Source of the DNA: Devosia sp.
GTDB taxonomy: Bacteria; Pseudomonadota; Alphaproteobacteria; Rhizobiales; Devosiaceae
Direction: 5' to 3'
Assembly (NCBI GenBank): GCA_051953275.1
Contig: JBQCIY010000056.1
Span: 1,197-65,196 of the forward strand
DNA length: 64,000 bases
The notes beneath the pieces are model-generated. The model saw nothing but the letters and a program-made list of their open reading frames with translations. It made no database searches and was not told the origin of the DNA. This document shows, in pieces, positions 60,930-64,000 of this stretch (position 1 is its first letter; each line of letters opens with the position of its first letter). The translations under genes were made by a program, and so were the position numbers.

Positions 60930-61808
60930 CTACTCGACCCGAACGACGTCGACGGATTGGCGGGCTTCGTGGTGGCCGGCGGTGCGCAGCACACCCACGA
61001 TGGGCGAGATATCGGAATAGTCGCGGCCGTGTCCGATGGTAATGTGGTCGGCGCCAGCCAGCATGGCGTTGGTGGGGTCGAACTCGATCCAGCCGCAATC
61101 GCGGCCGCACCAGACGCGAACCCAGGCGTGCATGGCGTCGGCGCCTTCGAGCCGGGGCTGGCCGGGTGGCGGAACGGTGCGCAGGAAGCCGGAGACGTAG
61201 CCCGCAGGAATGCCGACACCGCGCAGGCCGGCGATCATGACATGCACGAAATCCTGGCAGACCCCCTTGCGCAGGTTGAAGGCTTCGAGCGGGCTGGTGT
61301 CGACATTGGTCGACTGGCGGTCGTAGGCGAAGTCGCGGTGGATCGAGAGGCAGAGATCCATGGCCGCGGCCCGCACCGAAACAGTGCGCTCGAGGCTTTG
61401 GCGTGCGTAGCGGGTGATGGGATCCGACAGCGCTATGCGCGGCGACGGCGCGATGAAGTGATGGGGCGAACCGCCGTCGACGGACCAGTAGCCGTGCAGC
61501 TCGCGCTGCAAGGTCTCGAGATCGGGCGAGATGTCGGCGACGGGGGTGGCCTCCTCGACGTCGACGCGGGCGCCCAGCCGAACGTCGAGCCGATCGTGAT
61601 TGCCGTCATAGGAGATGGTGGTGACGAGGTTGCCGAAGAAATCGACGAAGGTGGTTTCGGCATCGGGCGGCGGATCGAAGTAAAGTGCCGAGGCGATAAC
61701 GCGCTGCCGGCCGGGAAGCGAAGCCGGAACGACGCGCACGAGGTGCCGGTCGCCATGAACGACGCTCTTGTAGTCGTAATGGAGGTCGAGGCGAACGTCG
61801 TAGAGCAT
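60930..61808 (-). CDS. Transglutaminase-like protein
   Basis: Cys-His-Asp triad in GVCQDFVH, MHAWV, FDPTN; GRDYSD. Confidence 0.93.
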   Translation of the reverse strand: MLYDVRLDLHYDYKSVVHGDRHLVRVVPASLPGRQRVIASALYFDPPPDAETTFVDFFGNLVTTISYDGNHDRLDVRLGARVDVEEATPVADISPDLETLQRELHGYWSVDGGSPHHFIAPSPRIALSDPITRYARQSLERTVSVRAAAMDLCLSIHRDFAYDRQSTNVDTSPLEAFNLRKGVCQDFVHVMIAGLRGVGIPAGYVSGFLRTVPPPGQPRLEGADAMHAWVRVWCGRDCGWIEFDPTNAMLAGADHITIGHGRDYSDISPIVGVLRTAGHHEARQSVDVVRVE

Positions 61809-61813
61809 GGCCG

Positions 61814-64000
61814 CTACACGAAGTATGCGTCGGCGATCAGCCCGGCCAGGCGGGCGATGCCGGCGCTCAGTTCGGCGAGCCGTGCGGTCGTCATGTCCTC
61901 CGGGTTGGCCACACGAAGTGCGGTGTGAAGCTCGAGCGCCGCGCGGCCGGCGACCGAAAGCTGGCCGTCCTCGATGCCGCCGGGCAGTCTTTCGATCTGC
62001 TCCCTGAGCTCGGCCACCTGGAACTGGACCGAGCGTGGGTTGAGCGGATCGAGCACCAGCAGGTCGATGTAGGAGTTGCTGCCGCTCGCGACATTGTAGC
62101 GGCGACGATGGGTCATGACGCTGTCGCCGATCTCGAGCAGCATGTCGAGCGCGCCGTCGGGCGCGTCGTCGCGCGTGAGCCAGCGCGTGATGCCGGCGAT
62201 CTGGATGCCGCGCTCGAGACGCCGGCCGATCTCGAGGAAGCGCCAGCCGGCGAAGCGATACATGTTCTCGTGCACCAAGCCGGAGAAGCCGGCCAGCTTG
62301 CGCAACAGCACTGTCATGGCCCGGGTGGCGTCATCGCCGGGCTGGACGCGGGCGGCAAAATTGCGCGCCGTCTTGCGCAGGTCGGTCAGGGCCAGCCAGC
62401 CGTCGGGCGAGAACCGGTCGCGAATCTGGCCGGCGGAGTGGACGGCGCTCTCGATGGCGCGCAACAGGCCTTGGGGGACCGCCTCGGAGGCATCGACCTC
62501 GATGGCGGACAGATAAGTGCGCGTGTCGGCAAGGAGCGGAAGATCAGGGTTGGAGACTTCGGCGAGGCGGGCATTGTAGGCGCGCAGGATCCGGATCGTG
62601 GCTTCGCAGCGCTCGGCGTAGCGGCCGAGCCAGATCAAGTTGTCGGCGGCGCGACTGGGCAGCGAGCCCGCGGAGTTGCGGACGAGCTTTTCGCCATCTC
62701 CGGAGAGGAGGGAGACGCGTTCGACGGGTTTCGAGCTCACCACCCAGACGTCGGCCGCCTGGCCGCCGTGCTGCATGGCGATGGCGCTGTTGTCGAGGGT
62801 GAAGCCGACGCGGGCAAAGCCACCGGGCATGATGGTCCAGCCGCCAGAGGTCCGGGCGGCATAGACGCGCAGCGTTATGGGACGGGGTTCCAGCCGGCCC
62901 CCGACGTAAACCGGCGCGGTCGAGAGCTGAACCGGCTCCTGGCCGACCCAGGCGCTGCCTTCAGCAACCACCCGGTTGCGCAAGGCGGCTCGGGCGTCAG
63001 GGTCGAGCGTACCGCCGAGCAAGGTGTGCTCGCGGTCCTCGATCTGCAGCGCGGTCGAGAAGGCGGGGCCGATCATCATGCGCTCGAAATTGTCGAGCAC
63101 GTGCTGGCGCTCGGCCGGCTGTCCGCACCACCAGGTCGCAATCGTGGGGAGCTCCAGGGGCGCGCCAAGCAGGGCCTGGCTCAGTCCGGGCATGAACGCG
63201 GCGAAGGCACGGGTTTCGAGGATGCCCGAGCCGATGGCATTGACCATCGAGATGGAGCCCTGGCGCAATGCCTCGGTCATGCCGGGGGTGCCGATGCGGG
63301 AATCATAACGGAGTTCCAGCGGATCGGTGAAGCTCGAATCCATGCGGCGCCAGAGCACGCTGACCGGGTGCAATCCGGAGACGGTGCGCACCATCACCTG
63401 GCCATTCTGGACAACGAGGTCCTCGCCTTCGAGGAGCATGAAGCCGAGATAGCGGGCGATATAGGCGTGCTCGAAATAGGTTTCGTTGTGCTGGCCGGGA
63501 GTGAGGATACCGACGCGACCCTCGTTGCGCCGGGCCTCGCCGTTCAGCGCGTCGCGGAAATCGCGGAAAAAGCCGGCGAGGCGATGCACCTGCATGCGGC
63601 CGTAGATGTCGGAGAGGGCGCGGGTGGTGGCGACGCGGTTCTCGAGGGCGAAGCCGGCGCCGGAGGGCGCCTGGGTGCGATCGCCCAGGACCCACCAGGC
63701 GCCATCGGGACCGCGGCCGAGCTCGAAGGCGCAGAAGTGGAGGTAGTGGCCGCTCGCGGGCTTGATGCCGACCACCGGGCGAAGGAATTCGGGGCTGCGC
63801 GCGATCAGTTCGGGCGGCAGGACACCGCGAGCGACGAGCTGGTTCTCGCCGTAGATATCAGCCATCAGCTGTTCGAGCAGCTCGGCGCGCTGCGTCAGGC
63901 CGCGTGCGATGAGCGCCCAATCGGCTTCGTCGATGATGAGCGGGACATGGGCGAGGGGCCAGGCGCGTTCCTTGCCGGCCGCGCCATCGTACTTGCGGTA
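61814..64000 (-). CDS. Circularly permuted type 2 ATP-grasp protein fused to an alpha-E domain (5' end outside the window)
   Basis: DRTQAPSGAGFALENR, YFEHAYIARYLG, LWRR, PGGFARV, then WLGRYAER and GRRLER ER-motifs; frame stays open to the window edge. Confidence 0.9.
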   Translation of the reverse strand, partial: YRKYDGAAGKERAWPLAHVPLIIDEADWALIARGLTQRAELLEQLMADIYGENQLVARGVLPPELIARSPEFLRPVVGIKPASGHYLHFCAFELGRGPDGAWWVLGDRTQAPSGAGFALENRVATTRALSDIYGRMQVHRLAGFFRDFRDALNGEARRNEGRVGILTPGQHNETYFEHAYIARYLGFMLLEGEDLVVQNGQVMVRTVSGLHPVSVLWRRMDSSFTDPLELRYDSRIGTPGMTEALRQGSISMVNAIGSGILETRAFAAFMPGLSQALLGAPLELPTIATWWCGQPAERQHVLDNFERMMIGPAFSTALQIEDREHTLLGGTLDPDARAALRNRVVAEGSAWVGQEPVQLSTAPVYVGGRLEPRPITLRVYAARTSGGWTIMPGGFARVGFTLDNSAIAMQHGGQAADVWVVSSKPVERVSLLSGDGEKLVRNSAGSLPSRAADNLIWLGRYAERCEATIRILRAYNARLAEVSNPDLPLLADTRTYLSAIEVDASEAVPQGLLRAIESAVHSAGQIRDRFSPDGWLALTDLRKTARNFAARVQPGDDATRAMTVLLRKLAGFSGLVHENMYRFAGWRFLEIGRRLERGIQIAGITRWLTRDDAPDGALDMLLEIGDSVMTHRRRYNVASGSNSYIDLLVLDPLNPRSVQFQVAELREQIERLPGGIEDGQLSVAGRAALELHTALRVANPEDMTTARLAELSAGIARLAGLIADAYFV

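Overview
High-GC alphaproteobacterial chromosome segment, Hyphomicrobiales-like by gene content (possibly Devosia; inference only). In order, it holds: (1) a peptide ABC transporter operon with an M20 peptidase, whose ATPase carries an in-frame 57-bp palindromic tandem repeat, with REP-like palindromes nearby; (2) a PAS hybrid kinase; (3) a ~22-kb Wzx/Wzy exopolysaccharide locus (8.7-30.7 kb) with an embedded tailoring module of AsnB-like amidotransferase, ACP, adenylate-forming ligase, NadE-like enzyme, two GNAT-like proteins and an N-terminally truncated HemK-like methyltransferase; (4) a heterodimeric ABC exporter; (5) L-fuconate-type catabolic genes; (6) a kinase-GcvT oxidoreductase-ETF operon; (7) a secreted caspase-like/TPR protein; (8) a polar amino acid ABC operon; (9) the general stress response locus phyR-nepR-ecfG with six visible EcfG-type promoters; (10) a transglutaminase and ATP-grasp/alpha-E pair running off the right end. 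No rRNA, tRNA, CRISPR array or transposase was seen. All product calls come from motif recognition without database searches, and several start codons were re-chosen by eye.
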